A stretch of 64,000 nucleotides of DNA, taken from NCBI GenBank assembly GCA_963767275.1, contig CAVYDL010000001.1, positions 257,393-321,392 on the forward strand. The letters run 5' to 3'. Source of the stretch: an uncultured delta proteobacterium (GTDB lineage Bacteria > Desulfobacterota > Binatia > UBA9968). Under the pieces are notes generated by a model that had not been told where the DNA came from, did not search any database, and saw only the letters and a list, made by a program, of their open reading frames with translations. Position numbers and translations under genes: made by a program. Positions within the stretch are counted from its first letter, which is position 1. Every line of letters starts with the position of its first letter. This document shows positions 40,502 through 50,454 of this stretch, piece after piece.

Positions 40502-40565
40502 ACAGAAAGAGATCGAATGCAAATCTTTTTCCGTTCGTCCTGAGCCCGTCGAAGGCCTCTGAGAT
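40500..40565. repeat. MITE/REP-like element fragment.
   Basis: ttccgttcgtcctgagcccgtcgaaggcctctgagattgtgttcagcg, compare 24555-24600. Confidence 0.55.
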
Positions 40566-40633
40566 TGTGTTCAGCGATTTGCGTAACTTTCCAGGAAAAT
40601 GAAAGTCACGCTCCAGCGCGTTTGGAGATCAGT

Positions 40634-41620
40634 ATGAAAGCTCGTGTCTTTGCCGCAATCCTGACAACGCTATCGGTGTTCCTCACACCACCCGCGCCCG
40701 CCCAGGACAAACCGAAGATCTATGTCGGCCCTTCAAGCAAGACTCTAGGCTACAGTCCGCTGTGGGTCGGCGCGAAGAAAGGGTTTTTCGAACAACAAGG
40801 ATTGGACGTGCAAGTGGTGGTGCTGCGCGGCATGCCTATGGTCGTCCAAGCCCTCGCGGCGGGATCGATCCACTTCGGTTCCGGCGGGCCCGAGCCGTTC
40901 ATGGAGTCGAGCGACCGCGGCCTCGATTTCATCATCACCGGCGGGGTCATTAACGGCATGACAGCGGCCATCGTCGCCGGCAAGAAATATAAAAGCTTCG
41001 AAGATTTGCGCGGCACGACGGTGGGCTCGTCTTCATTGACCGGCGGCACCGTCACCGCCTTTCGCGAGGCAATGAAACAGAAAGGACTCGAATATCCCCG
41101 CGACTACAAGATTCTAGTGGTCGCCGGCGGTTCATCCGGCAATCTCGCCGCGCTCCAATCCGGCCAGATCTCCGCCACGACGGTCGCCGTGCCGCTCAAC
41201 TACGCCGCCGAGGAATTGGGATTTCATAGCATCGGCCGTCTGCTCGACGCCGTGCCGCAGTTTCAATCGGCGGCGTTGGCCACGCGCCGTTCCTGGGCCG
41301 AGAAAAATCGCCCGCTCATGGTGCGCTTCATGAAAGGCATGGTGCAGTCGCTGCGCTGGATGCACAACAACAAAGACGCCACGGTGGAGTTCTTGACCAA
41401 GGAGATCCAGCTAAAACCAGTCCACGCCCTGAAAGGCTGGGAGTACTATACGCAGAACCGCATCTGGCCCTACGACGGCGAACCCAACATGGAAGGCATG
41501 AAACACAACATTCGCGTCTACTACGACCAGACCGGCGCCAAAGCCCCGGTGCCGGATGTGTCTAAATTTGTCGAGATGAGTTATCTCAACGACGCGTTGA
41601 AGGAGTTTGGCAAAAAATAG
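40634..41620 (+). CDS. NMT1-like ABC substrate-binding protein, orphan.
   Basis: MKARVFAAILTTLSVFLTPPAPAQ signal peptide, then KIYVGPSSKTLGYSPLWVGAKKGFFEQQGLDVQVV... Confidence 0.7.
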   Translation: MKARVFAAILTTLSVFLTPPAPAQDKPKIYVGPSSKTLGYSPLWVGAKKGFFEQQGLDVQVVVLRGMPMVVQALAAGSIHFGSGGPEPFMESSDRGLDFIITGGVINGMTAAIVAGKKYKSFEDLRGTTVGSSSLTGGTVTAFREAMKQKGLEYPRDYKILVVAGGSSGNLAALQSGQISATTVAVPLNYAAEELGFHSIGRLLDAVPQFQSAALATRRSWAEKNRPLMVRFMKGMVQSLRWMHNNKDATVEFLTKEIQLKPVHALKGWEYYTQNRIWPYDGEPNMEGMKHNIRVYYDQTGAKAPVPDVSKFVEMSYLNDALKEFGKK

Positions 41621-41652
41621 AACCGATCACGAATCGGTTTGCCGATTACTGT

Positions 41653-42729
41653 CTAGTATCGCCGTAACACCGGCATTACTTCTTGAGAGAACAGCCGCAT
41701 CGACTGCAGCACCTTGTCCTGCGCCAAGCTGCCCGACGCAATGTTGAGCATCACCTGCTCGGGGTGCATCGCGTCGACGTAAAATTTGATCTTCTCGACG
41801 CACTCCGCCGGCGTGCCCCACACCGCCATGACGTTGGGCCATTCTGTTGCGACGGCTTGTCTGGCCTTTTCCGGCGTGCAGAGTTTTTCGAAGGCTTCGC
41901 GCGAGGCGCTCTTGCTGGCGTAGGTTTGAATCTTTTCAGTCTCCACCGGACGGCTCAGCCTGCCGCGCAGAAACACATCCGCCTGGCTCGACAGCGCTAT
42001 GGCGCCCTGTTCGATTGCTTCCTCGCGGGTCCGCGCAACGTGGCAATGAATACCCAGCACGACATCGCTTGATTTGCCCGCCGGCAAATTCTTTCGATAG
42101 GTTTCGGTCAAGCTGCGAACCAGTTCGAAGGGAATGCCCAAGTATCCCGGTTGCACCAGACCTTGGCCAACTTTCCCCGCAAAGCTCGCGCTGTCCGGCG
42201 TCGTCGCGGCCGCGGTGTAGATCGGCGGATGGGGCTGCTGTACCGGCGGCGGGCTCAGTTTGAAGTCACGGATCCGCCAATATTCGCCGTCGAGTCTTTC
42301 GATATAATCGCCCTTGAATATCTCGACCAGCATGCGGATGCCTTCTTCGAAGCGCGCCGTGCTGGTGGCAGCGTCGACGTTCATGCGATTGATAACCCAG
42401 GGATGGCCGCGGCCGAGGCCGAGCATGATTCGACCTTCGGTCAATAAATCAGCGGCGGCGACTTGGCTCGCCAACATCGCCGGATGGTGAATCGGCATGC
42501 TGATGATGCCGGTGAGAAAGCGAATCCGCCGCGCCCGCTGCGCCGCGGCGACGTAAACTCCCAGCGGAAATGGCGAACATGAGAACAGATCCTTGCCGTA
42601 ACTCTCGGTGATCGAGAAGAAATCGTAGCCAAGTTCATCGGCGACGGCGATCTGTTCCAACACCTCGGCGTAAAGTTGATGCTCCGACTTGCCCGGATAG
42701 GAAAACTCGGTGAATAATCCAATTTTCAT
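41653..42729 (-). CDS. LLM-class flavin-dependent oxidoreductase.
   Basis: MKIGLFTEFSYPGKSEHQ...GYDFFSITESY...RIRFLTGIISMPIHHPAMLA... Confidence 0.75.
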   Translation of the reverse strand: MKIGLFTEFSYPGKSEHQLYAEVLEQIAVADELGYDFFSITESYGKDLFSCSPFPLGVYVAAAQRARRIRFLTGIISMPIHHPAMLASQVAAADLLTEGRIMLGLGRGHPWVINRMNVDAATSTARFEEGIRMLVEIFKGDYIERLDGEYWRIRDFKLSPPPVQQPHPPIYTAAATTPDSASFAGKVGQGLVQPGYLGIPFELVRSLTETYRKNLPAGKSSDVVLGIHCHVARTREEAIEQGAIALSSQADVFLRGRLSRPVETEKIQTYASKSASREAFEKLCTPEKARQAVATEWPNVMAVWGTPAECVEKIKFYVDAMHPEQVMLNIASGSLAQDKVLQSMRLFSQEVMPVLRRY

Positions 42730-42784
42730 ATAGCGCACAACAAATAAGGGCGGGTTTGAAACCCGCCCCTACGAATTCGATTAT

Positions 42785-42860
42785 GTGCCGTTGACTTTCT
42801 AACGCCCGATCGCCCTGAGACTCGTCGAAGGGTGCGGCCAACCGATCCGAAATTTCGGCC
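42785..42860. repeat. MITE/REP-like element fragment.
   Basis: cgcccgatcgccctgagactcgtcgaagggtgcggcc. Confidence 0.5.
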
Positions 42861-43940
42861 TTATTTCGTACGCCGCTGCACGCCGAAAGTCCGGTTAAAG
42901 TGATCGATGACGTCGTTCAAGTTCGGTCCGATCGACGCCGGGCTCAAGAACACGAAATCTTTCTGAAATAGCTCCTGCACCCAGGGGCGGTGCTTGATGC
43001 CTCGGCGCACGGATAAACGCCCGACCTCGGCCATGCGCGTCTGGCCTTCTTCCGAGAGCATCCAGTCGATAAACAGGACCGCTGCGAACGGATGGGGTGC
43101 CCGCTGCATCAAGGTGACGAAGTTGGGTTCGCCGGCATAGGGATCGAGCACGCGGTAATCGATGGGCGCGCCCTGCTGCTTGTATTCCGACACGCGCCGG
43201 CCGCGCGCCGCGATAGCGATGGCCGACTCGCCGGCGAGCATGAGCTGCACGCGCATGACGCTGCTTGAACCGGGCATGGCGAGATCCTGCTTAGCCAGTC
43301 CTTGCATTAACTCGTTGCCCTTGGCCTTGCCCATGGTTTCAAGAAGAACGTTGAACCAAGTGTACTCCTCGGTGCCCAAACTCATCTTGCCCTTCCACTT
43401 GGGATGCAACAAGTCGGCATAGCTGCGCGGCGCGTCCGCGGCGGGAACCTGCTTGGTATTGAAACCCAGCACCAGCGGCGTCACGTCGAAAGCCTGCCAA
43501 AAGCCCTCGGGATCGAACGCGCCAGCCTGGAGCGCGCGCCGCTCAGGCGAGAGATACGGCGCCGATAGCTTGCGCTGCTTGAGCTGCCACATCTCCACCG
43601 GCGCCGAGCCGATCACGTCGGCGGCGAATCTGCCGGCGCGCGCTTCGGTGTCCACCCGCGTGAACAAGCCGGACGGCGTCGCGCGATAAGTATTGGTCTT
43701 GAGAAAGGGGTAGGCTTTTTCAAAATGCGGCAGGATCTTCGGGTAATCGGTCAAGCTCAGCGAAGTATAGAAGACGATCTCGCCTTCTTTCTTCGCCCCT
43801 GCTTCGAGAAAAGTCTTGCGCTCGGCGCCGGACAGCGCCGAGGCTTTTTTGACGACTTCCTCGACGGTGGCAGCGACTCCGCTCCCCGACCACCCGACTA
43901 TTAACCAGCCAACAAGCAGCAGACGAATGATTTTCTGCAT
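42861..43940 (-). CDS. Family-1 extracellular solute-binding protein (Fe3+/polyamine PotD/AfuA-like), orphan.
   Basis: Signal peptide, then KKEGEIVFYTSLSLTDYPKILPHFEKAYPFLKTNTYRA..., about 360 aa. Confidence 0.7.
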   Translation of the reverse strand: MQKIIRLLLVGWLIVGWSGSGVAATVEEVVKKASALSGAERKTFLEAGAKKEGEIVFYTSLSLTDYPKILPHFEKAYPFLKTNTYRATPSGLFTRVDTEARAGRFAADVIGSAPVEMWQLKQRKLSAPYLSPERRALQAGAFDPEGFWQAFDVTPLVLGFNTKQVPAADAPRSYADLLHPKWKGKMSLGTEEYTWFNVLLETMGKAKGNELMQGLAKQDLAMPGSSSVMRVQLMLAGESAIAIAARGRRVSEYKQQGAPIDYRVLDPYAGEPNFVTLMQRAPHPFAAVLFIDWMLSEEGQTRMAEVGRLSVRRGIKHRPWVQELFQKDFVFLSPASIGPNLNDVIDHFNRTFGVQRRTK

Positions 43941-43955
43941 AGACCGTCGCCGCGC

Positions 43956-44333
43956 TTACAGATCGTTGCGGCGAACCGGGCCCCAGCCCGTCGTCGAGAT
44001 GTCGATCAAGTTGCCATCGGGATCGGCGGCCCGCCCTTCGGCGTAAGTCGCAATGCGATCCTTGGGCGCGCCCTCGGGATAGACGTCCATGATCCGCTTG
44101 GTGGTTTCCTGAGCATCGTCGATATGGAAGCCGAAGTGATACAGCCCCGCCGGATGGCCGGGCTCTTTGGGATCGTTGGCGTTCAAGATCGCGAGATTGA
44201 CCTCGCCGTCGGACAGATGCACCGAGCCGTTTTTGGTCCGATACAACTCCTGCATGTCGAAGACACGCTTGTAATAATCCGCCAATTTGTCCGGCTGATG
44301 CGTCAGCAGCGCCAAGTGTCGAAGCTTTGCCAT
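43956..44333 (-). CDS. VOC-family (glyoxalase/bleomycin-resistance fold) protein.
   Basis: LRHLALLTHQPDKLADYYKRVFDMQ...LYHFGFHIDD. Confidence 0.7.
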   Translation of the reverse strand: MAKLRHLALLTHQPDKLADYYKRVFDMQELYRTKNGSVHLSDGEVNLAILNANDPKEPGHPAGLYHFGFHIDDAQETTKRIMDVYPEGAPKDRIATYAEGRAADPDGNLIDISTTGWGPVRRNDL

Positions 44334-44540
44334 GATCGTCCCTCCTGTTTATTTGCAAGACATGCCAGCGCTATCACCGCAGAAATAGCCTGTCAACGTA
44401 GTCGGCAAGGGCGTTCCAACCGTTCCAGCCGTTCAAACCTTTCCAATCGTCTTCGGAAACGCAAACGGGATAGTTGCGACTCTGACGCGCGAGTGTCCTG
44501 GTTTCGCCTAAATTTGTTGTAACCTCCTGTTTCCGACACG

Positions 44541-44588
44541 GCTTGAACGGAGCGCAGGGGTTGAACGGCTTGAACGATTTGAACGCCT
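44541..44588. repeat. TTGAAC tandem hexamer repeat.
   Basis: ggcttgaacggagcgcaggggttgaacggcttgaacgatttgaacgcc. Confidence 0.65.
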
Positions 44589-44605
44589 GTAGCGCGCGAT
44601 GCGCG

Positions 44606-45553
44606 CTAGATGACCATCGTCGTGCCAACACTGTTCGGCGTGAACGCCTCGGGAAACTCGCGCGCGATCAGATGCGTCGCCTTCCAGCCGGTGCAATGCT
44701 GCGGCACGATGACGCCGGGATTGAATTCTTTCAGCGCCTGCACCGTCGGTTGAACGATCGGCTCGAAGATCGGTCCGGTCAAGTGAAACCCGCCGATGAC
44801 CGCGTGAATTTGCTTCACTCCGGTCATGTCGCGCGCGCATTTCAACGTGTTGACCACCCCGGCGTGGCCGCAGCCGGTAAGCACGACGAGTCCCTTATTC
44901 TTCACATTGATAACGATCGCTTGATCGTCGTGAATCCACGGATCGGGCTGCCACTTGCCATCGATCAGCGCGACTTGGTTGGGGCTGCCTTTCTCGAAGG
45001 TTGTCGTCCGCGGGATCTGCCCGGTGACAAGCGCGTTGCCGCCGATCAACATGGTCGGCCCGCGTTCCTCGACGATCTGAATATCCTCGCCTTCGAGATC
45101 CTTTTTGCTCGGCGGAATATGCTCCGACTCGTGGCCGTCGCCCTGAATATTTTTTCTTTTCAGATAGGCGTCGGGATGGAGAACGATCGGCACTTGGGGC
45201 CGGCCATAGCGCTTGATGAATCCAAGCAAACCGCGCGTGTGGTCGGTGTGGCCATGGCTCAAGACGACGGCGTGAAGCTCGTTGCCCTTGATGTCGAGCA
45301 CGTCCATGTTGTGCAGCACGCCGTCGACGGTCACGCCGGTATCGAAGAGAAACGAATCTTTTTGGCCGGCGGAGTAAGTCGTCACCAGCATCGACACGCC
45401 GTGCTCGGCGCGCAACTGCGGCCGCGCATGGGCGTTGCTGCCGCGCTGGTGGCGCTTGGCCACCGGCGTGTTGCCCATCAGCACGTCGATGGAATTATCC
45501 ATCACGCTCAAGATTTCGACGCGGTCGACTTCATTCAGCGGCAAGGTCACCAT
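44606..45553 (-). CDS. MBL-fold metallo-hydrolase (COG1237-like).
   Basis: MVTLPLNEVDRVEILSVMDNSIDVLMG...VVLSHGHTDHTRGL. Confidence 0.75.
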   Translation of the reverse strand: MVTLPLNEVDRVEILSVMDNSIDVLMGNTPVAKRHQRGSNAHARPQLRAEHGVSMLVTTYSAGQKDSFLFDTGVTVDGVLHNMDVLDIKGNELHAVVLSHGHTDHTRGLLGFIKRYGRPQVPIVLHPDAYLKRKNIQGDGHESEHIPPSKKDLEGEDIQIVEERGPTMLIGGNALVTGQIPRTTTFEKGSPNQVALIDGKWQPDPWIHDDQAIVINVKNKGLVVLTGCGHAGVVNTLKCARDMTGVKQIHAVIGGFHLTGPIFEPIVQPTVQALKEFNPGVIVPQHCTGWKATHLIAREFPEAFTPNSVGTTMVI

Positions 45554-45561
45554 AGCGCCTC

Positions 45562-46416
45562 CTATTTTACTTCGTAGAGAAAAGGCTTTTTCAGCATCCA
45601 GTTGACGATCTGCTCGACCGTCTCGGATTCCTTGCCGAGAAAACCATGCTGGCTGCGCGCTTCGCAGGGCGTCGACTGCGGCGGCAAACCGCCCCACACG
45701 GTGATCAACGGATACTTTTCGGAATAGCGCGCGGCGTCGCCGTAGGGCGTGTAACGGCATTGATCGCTGACATGGTGTGCAAACAAGAGCGGGATTTGAA
45801 TCGTCGCGAAGTCGAATCGGCTGAGGCCGGGGCCGGGCTCGTTGCTGTTTCGCCCGACCTCGCGAAACATCGTCGCCGTGAGCACGGCGCCGGCGATTCT
45901 TGGACCGAAACGGGCGCCGAGCGCCGCCGCCGATATGGTGCCGCGGCTGGTGCCGATGAGAAACACAGCCACGCCGGGGAAGCGCTTATTGAGATCGGCG
46001 ACTACGGCGGAGATATCCGTGAAGTGATCGCCGCCGAGGCGAAACTCATCGCTCATGCCCCAGCCGCTTTGCAGGTCCGAGGGCGCGTCGAGGATGGCCG
46101 CGATGACGCCGCGCTTGATGAACTCGGAACGGCTGCGGACCAGAAAATTGCCGCCGGCAAACTTCGGCTGGCCGCCTTCGCTGCGCAGCTGAATCAAGCC
46201 GCCGGAGCCGGGAAACAAGACGGCAATCGCTTGCAGCTGTTTCGGCGAGCTGGTGAGAAAATAGGACTGGGTCACGTTGGCGCGCGTCGGCAAGGTGACA
46301 ATTTCCTGGGCGCCAACGGACATCACAAAGACTGGCAACCCAGCAGGCAACGACAATGCGATTAAGGTGCACCCATGAACACGCGATTGAAACGTTACTT
46401 CTTGACGACCTTCCAC
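45562..46416 (-). CDS. Alpha/beta hydrolase (dienelactone-hydrolase-like), secreted.
   Basis: Signal peptide; VFLIGTSRGTISAA nucleophile context. Confidence 0.6.
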   Translation of the reverse strand: MEGRQEVTFQSRVHGCTLIALSLPAGLPVFVMSVGAQEIVTLPTRANVTQSYFLTSSPKQLQAIAVLFPGSGGLIQLRSEGGQPKFAGGNFLVRSRSEFIKRGVIAAILDAPSDLQSGWGMSDEFRLGGDHFTDISAVVADLNKRFPGVAVFLIGTSRGTISAAALGARFGPRIAGAVLTATMFREVGRNSNEPGPGLSRFDFATIQIPLLFAHHVSDQCRYTPYGDAARYSEKYPLITVWGGLPPQSTPCEARSQHGFLGKESETVEQIVNWMLKKPFLYEVK

Positions 46417-47308
46417 GCCTGTTCAATATTCACCGGCAGGCGATCTTGCCCCTGCCAGTCGGCATACTCAGGCATCTTGAGCTCTTTCTTAATCTCGATC
46501 GAGAGATCATTCCCTGCGCCGCCATCTCGCCCACCCGTTTCATCAGCAAGGTGTAATAGCCTTCGTACTCGTCGAAGATTTTGGTCGTGGTCGGCTGGCC
46601 ATGGCCGGCAACGACGATTTCCGGATTAAACGACTTCATCAATTTATAACTCGCCAGCACGTCGGGGATCACCACCGACGGCCGCAGATTGATAAAAGTT
46701 CTGACGTTGGCCGCCGAGGATGCGAACAGCACGCGCTCCTTGGGCATCCATACCGCGGTGTCGGCATAACTGTGAACGTTTTTCAGATAGATCAATTCAA
46801 AGGTGCGTTCGCCGACGATTGAGAGTCATGCGATCTTTATACTCGATATGGGGCACGAATCATTTTTTCGCCCTTCAACGCCTCGCGCATCTCCGGCGAT
46901 TGCGCCGCCAGTGTCTCGGCGCGCTTGGGATTGTATTCCTTTTTCATCCCGGCTCCCGCCCCCTCGGCATTGATGATCCTCGCCGGCGGGGAAAAGACAA
47001 AATGGTTACCGGTATGATCGCTGTGGGTTTCGGTATCGATGAGAAACAAAATCGGCTTGTCGGTAACCTTTTTGATCGCCGCCAACATGTTGCGCGAGTG
47101 CAGCGGGCTGTTGCAGGCGTCGATCATCACGACGCCTTCCTCGGTCACGACAAAACTGCACGTCGTTGTACCTTGGTCTGGGCGCAAAGGTGTAAATACC
47201 ATCCTTGATCTTGTGAAACCCAGGGCCGAGGTCCTGCGCGCCCGCTGCGCCTGCCCATAAGAACACCGCGACGGCGGCCGCGCCAAGCGTACCCAGTGTC
47301 GATTTCAT
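46395..47308 (-). pseudogene. Secreted MBL-fold metallo-hydrolase broken into 4 frames.
   Basis: 47006-47308 (signal peptide plus GIYTFAP), 46837-47286 (IDACNSPLHSRNM...THSDHTGN), 46430-46795, and a C-terminal piece at 46395-46500 (...IEQAWKVVKK*). Confidence 0.55.
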
Positions 47309-47477
47309 AGTTGTTCCTTCTTAAACCAGAGAGATTTCAAATCCACGCCTAAGCTAACCGAAACTCGCGGAGAGCGTCAAGCAACTAAAGTCCGAATGTT
47401 TGGCATTGACCATTGAACTCAGGTTGTACTAAAGAGGCCCAATCTAAGGCGCATTCGCTATGACGATCGGAGGCTAT

Positions 47478-48503
47478 ATGAAACTATCGTTTCTAGCTGT
47501 TGTTGTCCTGCTCGCCGTCTCGGCTGCCCAAGCCCAGACACCGTTTTTTCAAGGCAAGACGATTCGCATCGTTACCGGCTATCCCGCCGGCGATGTCAAC
47601 GATCTTTGGCCGCGCCTCATCGCCCGCCATATGGGCAAGTATATTCCCGGCAATCCCAGTTTCATCGTTCAGAACATGCCCGGCGCCAGCGCCATGATCG
47701 CGGCCAATTACGTCTACGGCGTTGCCAAGCCGGACGGCCTCACTCTCGGTTGGATCGCGCCGACCCTTTATTTCGATCAGCTGGTGCGCCGCCCGGAAGC
47801 GCGATACGATTGGGCCAAGTACAGCTTCATCGGCTCGCCGGCCCAAAGCGAGCATCATCTCTACATGCGCACCGATAGTCCGTACAAAACCATCGAAGAT
47901 GTGCGCAAAGCCAGTGAGCCGCCGAAATGCGGCTCCGGCGGCGCCACCGGCACTGGATTTTATTTTCCCAAACTGCTCGAAGAAACCGTTGGCGCCAAAT
48001 TCAATATCGTTCTCGGTTATCAAGGCGGCGGCCCCATCGACCTGGCTGTGGAAAAGGGCGAGATTCACTGCCGCGCCATGACGATCGAATCTTTCATGGC
48101 CCGCGAGCCGTTTCATACCTGGCGTAAAAATAATTTCGTCCGAAGCCTGGCCCAATCGGGGCGCAAGCGCGACCCGCGTCTGCCCGACACGCCGACCATC
48201 TACGAACTGATGGATCAGTATAAAACTGCCGACCAATCGCGCCGGGTCGCCACGGTGATCCTCGCCGGCGGCGTCTTCGGCCGCCCGCTGGTCGGTCCAG
48301 CCGGCATCCCGCCGGAAACAGTGAAAACCTTACGGGCCGGCGTAGCCAGCGCCCTCAAAGATGGCGAGCTCAAAGCCGAGGCGGAAAAACGCAACTACGA
48401 ACTCGACCCGGTGAGCGGCGAGGAAATGCAGCGTCTGGCCAAGGAAGTCATGAGCCAACCGCCGGCGGTGTTGGAGCGAATGAAGAAAGTGTTGGGCGAG
48501 TAG
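47478..48503 (+). CDS. Bug/TctC-family periplasmic solute-binding protein, intact.
   Basis: FFQGKTIRIVTGYPAGDVND...IVQNMPGASAMIAANYVYGVAKPDGLTLG...LGYQGGGPIDLAVEKGEIHCRAMT...LPDTPTIYELMDQYK...LDPVSGEEMQRLAKEVM. Confidence 0.75.
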   Translation: MKLSFLAVVVLLAVSAAQAQTPFFQGKTIRIVTGYPAGDVNDLWPRLIARHMGKYIPGNPSFIVQNMPGASAMIAANYVYGVAKPDGLTLGWIAPTLYFDQLVRRPEARYDWAKYSFIGSPAQSEHHLYMRTDSPYKTIEDVRKASEPPKCGSGGATGTGFYFPKLLEETVGAKFNIVLGYQGGGPIDLAVEKGEIHCRAMTIESFMAREPFHTWRKNNFVRSLAQSGRKRDPRLPDTPTIYELMDQYKTADQSRRVATVILAGGVFGRPLVGPAGIPPETVKTLRAGVASALKDGELKAEAEKRNYELDPVSGEEMQRLAKEVMSQPPAVLERMKKVLGE

Positions 48504-48555
48504 CTAAGATGAATTTCACTGCGAAGCAAGTGCGACGGGATCGCAATTGCGCAGC

Positions 48556-49560
48556 CTATTTGCCAAACGTGTCCTGAAATAGTTTTACGTAGCGGTCGAA
48601 ATTCTCATACACCTGTTCGGCGGTGAATACCGCGGTAAAGCCTTGCGCCAGCTTGGGCGGATCGGGCAGCACATCGATGCGGTCGGGCACGCGTCGCTGC
48701 GCGCGAATAGTTTCCTGACCGGCTTTCGATAATACGAAATCGATAAACAACTTGCCGGCGTTGGAACGCGGCGACTTGGCGGAGAGACCCATCGGATTCA
48801 GGTTGGCATAGACAGGATCGAGCGGCACCCAGTCCACCGGGGCGCCATCGCGCTTGAGACTCTCGAAGTTCTGCGAGTAAGCCGCCAGTGCCGAATTGAC
48901 TTCCCCCGCCGCCACCAATTGCGCCAGGAGTGTGCGGCCGTTGCGCAATTGCGGCTGTTGTTTCGCCAGCTCGCGCATGAACGCCATACCTTTTTCCTGT
49001 CCCATCGCCTGCAACATCACCGCAAACCATTCGTAGGCGGTCTGCACGATGCCGACCTGGCCGCGCCAAAGAGGCTTTAGCAAGTCAGCATGTGATTTCG
49101 GCACATTATCCCGGCTCACCAACCGGCTGTTGTAACCGAGCACGGTGTAGTTGGTATAGATCGACGTCCACATCGCCTGCGGATCTTTATGGCCGGCACG
49201 AATGAACTTGCGCTCCGGCGAATCGTACGCCGCCAACATGCCGCGCTTTTTAAGATTGTGTGCGTAAAAGCCGGTGGTGCTCACGACATCCCATTCGAAC
49301 TTGCCCGCCCGCGACTCGGCGAGGATCCGTTCCATCAACGTGGCATCGCCGGCGCGGTAAAACTGCGCGTCGATCTTTGGATAAAGCTCTTTGAAGCGAT
49401 CGATAATCCGCCGCGCATCGGTCGCGCCGAGAGAAGCGTACCAGGTCAGTTTTCCTTCCGCTTCGGCTTTGTCTTTCCACTCGGAACCGTGTGCGGATGA
49501 AAACCCCAGGCTGAAGACCAGAAACATCATCTGGATGATCTGCAGGAATATATTACGCAT
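48556..49560 (-). CDS. Family-1 extracellular solute-binding protein (Fe3+/polyamine type), orphan.
   Basis: Signal peptide, then EAEGKLTWYASLGATDARRIIDRFKELYPKI... Confidence 0.7.
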   Translation of the reverse strand: MRNIFLQIIQMMFLVFSLGFSSAHGSEWKDKAEAEGKLTWYASLGATDARRIIDRFKELYPKIDAQFYRAGDATLMERILAESRAGKFEWDVVSTTGFYAHNLKKRGMLAAYDSPERKFIRAGHKDPQAMWTSIYTNYTVLGYNSRLVSRDNVPKSHADLLKPLWRGQVGIVQTAYEWFAVMLQAMGQEKGMAFMRELAKQQPQLRNGRTLLAQLVAAGEVNSALAAYSQNFESLKRDGAPVDWVPLDPVYANLNPMGLSAKSPRSNAGKLFIDFVLSKAGQETIRAQRRVPDRIDVLPDPPKLAQGFTAVFTAEQVYENFDRYVKLFQDTFGK

Positions 49561-49594
49561 CTCGGCTGATCGTTGGTTGTACTAAGGCGGCCTA

Positions 49595-50383
49595 TCAAGC
49601 TTTAAGAAACCCGTGCTTCTTGAGAAAATCCAGAACGTGCGAATCGAATGTCGCCGGATCCTCCAGACAGCATGCATGCCCGGCACCTTGGATGGTCCGA
49701 TGCTCGGCGCCGGCGATACGCGTGCTCATTTCTTTGCTGCGCTTGAGCGAATTGTCGAACTCGCCGTTCATGATCAGAACCGGCATTTTCAACTCCGGCA
49801 AGCGCGCCGTCAGGTCGCGGTGCTGCAGAGCATCGAAAATCTCAGCGATGGCGTTTGCGTTGAGACGTGAATCCATTTCAGTATGCATGCTCAACAAGTA
49901 ATTACCGAGCTTGGTCTGCGGGAATTCTTTACTGACCAGATCGGTCAAATGCTGAATGTGAAATTTACCGACACCTTGCCCCACATAACCGTCGATGCGG
50001 CTTTGGTAACGGTCGCCCGGCATGCTGCTGCAGCCGACTAGAATCAACGCTTTAAACAACTCCGGGTGATCGAGGCCCAGCTGTAAACCCATCACGCCGC
50101 CAACACTGACACCGGCAAACACCGCCTGACTCGCACCCTCCTGCCGGCACACCGCAACCACGTCATCGCACAGATCGGTCATGGCCACCGGCGTCGCCGG
50201 CTTGTCGGAGTAGCCGTACGCGCGCAGATCGATGTTGATGACTTTCATGAACGTGGAGAAGTGCGCCACCTGATAAAGAAACATGCGCCGATCGAATGGA
50301 TTGGCATGCATCAACACCAGCGGGAAACCTTCGCCGGAGACTTCGTAATAGTTCTTAACGCCGTTTCTAATGCTATAGGGCAT
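49595..50383 (-). CDS. Alpha/beta-fold hydrolase.
   Basis: PLVLMHANPFDRRMF...FAGVSVGGVMGLQLGL. Confidence 0.75.
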   Translation of the reverse strand: MPYSIRNGVKNYYEVSGEGFPLVLMHANPFDRRMFLYQVAHFSTFMKVINIDLRAYGYSDKPATPVAMTDLCDDVVAVCRQEGASQAVFAGVSVGGVMGLQLGLDHPELFKALILVGCSSMPGDRYQSRIDGYVGQGVGKFHIQHLTDLVSKEFPQTKLGNYLLSMHTEMDSRLNANAIAEIFDALQHRDLTARLPELKMPVLIMNGEFDNSLKRSKEMSTRIAGAEHRTIQGAGHACCLEDPATFDSHVLDFLKKHGFLKA

Positions 50384-50454
50384 GTAGACCTCCGGAGGTT
50401 ACAGACATACGGAACTCACTGCGTAGAGCCGATGAGCTTCTACTCGCCTACAGA

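Noticed and set aside
44543-45577. 344-aa plus-strand ORF, plus the ORFs at 45646-46365, 52724-53407, 54363-55172 and 59588-60307
   Set aside because: All lie antisense to confidently assigned hydrolase, permease or SBP genes, with Arg/Gly/His-rich composition.
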